From Balanoglossus misakiensis (Eukaryota > Animalia > Hemichordata): 64,000 nucleotides of DNA. Positions 62,601-64,000 of this stretch are shown here, piece after piece; position 1 is the stretch's first letter; each line of letters opens with the position of its first letter. The DNA is taken from contig CM082579.2 in the NCBI GenBank assembly GCA_040954595.2, positions 4,763,227 to 4,827,226 of the forward strand. The letters are read 5' to 3'. The notes under the pieces were generated by a model. The model was not told the DNA's origin. It was given only the letters and a program-made list of their open reading frames with translations, and made no database searches. A program made the translations under genes and the position numbers.

Positions 62601-64000
62601 ACTTCGCGGATTTTCGAAATTTGGTGGTTTTTCGACAAAAACCATGGGTTTATAGCTCATGAAAATCGTCCAAAATCGACGATTTTTCGACTTCGCGGAT
62701 TTTCGAAATTGGTGGTTTTTCGACAAAAACCATGGGTTATAGCTCATGAAAATCGTCCAAAATCGACGATTTTTCGACTTCGCGGATTTTCGAAATTTGG
62801 TGGTTTTTCGACAAAAACCATGGGTTATAGCTCATGAAAATCGTCCAAAATCGACGATTTTTCGACTTCGCGGATTTTCGAAATTTGGTGGTTTTTCGAC
62901 AGAAACCATGGGTTATAGCTCATGAAAATCGTCCAAATCGACGATTTTTCGACTTCGCGGATTTTCGAAATTTGTGGTTTTTCGACAAAAACCATGGGTT
63001 ATAGCTCATGAAAATCGTCCAAAATCGACGATTTTTCGACTTCGCGGATTTTCGAAATTTGGTGGTTTTTCGACAAAAACCATGGGTTATAGCTCATGAA
63101 AATCGTCCAAAATCGACGATTTTTCGACTTCGCGGATTTTCGAAATTTGGTGGTTTTTCGACAAAAACCATGGGTTATAGCTCATGAAAATCGTCCAAAA
63201 TCGACGATTTTTCGACTTCGCGGATTTTCGAACTTTGGTGGTTTTTCGACAAAAACCATGGGTTATAGCTCATGAAAATCGTCCAAAATCGACGATTTTT
63301 CGACTTCGCGGATTTTCGAAATTTGATGGTTTTTCGACAAAAACCATGGGTTATAGCTCATGAAAAATCGTCCAAAATCGACGATTTTTCGACTACGCGG
63401 ATTTTCGAAATTTGGTGGTTTTTCGACAAAAACCATGGGTTATAGCTCATGAAAATCGTCCAAAATCGACGATTTTTCGACTTCGCGGATTTTCGAAATT
63501 TGGTGGTTTTTCGACAAAAACCATGGGTTATAGCTCATGAAAATCGTCCAAAATCGACGATTTTTCCGACTTCGCGGATTTTCGAAATTTGGTGGTTTTT
63601 CGACAAAAACCATGGGTTATAGCTCATGAAAATCGTCCAAAATCGACGATTTTTCGACTTCGCGGATTTTCGAAATTTGGTGGTTTTTCGACAAAAACCA
63701 TGGGTTATAGCTCATGAAAATCGTCCAAAATCGACGATTTTTCGACTTCGCGGATTTTCGAAATTTGGTGGTTTTTCGACAAAAACCATGGGTTATAGCT
63801 CATGAAAATCGTCCAAATCGACGATTTTTCGACTTCGCGGATTTTCGAAATTTGGTGGTTTTTCGACAAAAACCATGGGTTATAGCTCATGAAAATCGTC
63901 CAAAATCGACGATTTTTCGACTTCGCGGATTTTCGAAATTTGGTGGTTTTTCGACAAAAACCATGGGTTATAGCTCATGAAAATCGTCCAAAATCGACGA
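59620..64000 (+). repeat. 88-bp satellite DNA tandem array, about 50 copies, running off the window end
   Basis: Monomer ccatgggttatagctcatgaaaatcgtccaaaatcgacgatttttcgacttcgcggattttcgaaatttggtggtttttcgacaaaaa; successive starts at 59741 and 59829 give a period of 88. Copies are near-identical, differing mostly by homopolymer indels. Confidence 0.97.

Noticed and set aside
59620-64000. CRISPR array, or coding ORFs within the repeat
   Set aside because: There are no unique spacers and the context is eukaryotic. The 88-bp period is not a multiple of 3, so the ORFs are by-products of the repeat.

Overview
Animal genomic DNA with spliced genes (GT-AG introns, AT-rich non-coding sequence). The gene set suggests an invertebrate deuterostome such as a hemichordate or echinoderm; this is inference. 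Eight protein-coding genes lie in strictly alternating orientation: ARMH3/C10orf76 (-), an EDAR-like death-domain TNF receptor (+), two head-to-head SLC6 transporter paralogues (-/+), a NACHT-LRR (NLR-like) gene (-), a nephronectin/EGFL6-like EGF gene with an unusual C-terminal half (+), and two head-to-head intronless GT32 (DXD) glycosyltransferases (-/+). The window ends in a homogeneous 88-bp satellite array. Highlights: (1) the NLR appears to lack a death-fold domain and instead has a short beta-arch/RHIM-like amyloid-type motif at its N-terminus, plus a possible retrotransposon Gag capsid-like segment at its C-terminus; (2) one SLC6 paralogue has an intact frame but has replaced most canonical substrate, Na1 and Cl ligands; (3) the EGF gene has a non-canonical domain architecture; (4) the satellite border carries diverged, inverted monomers. 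All gene models were assembled by eye and no database searches were run, so exon boundaries are approximate.
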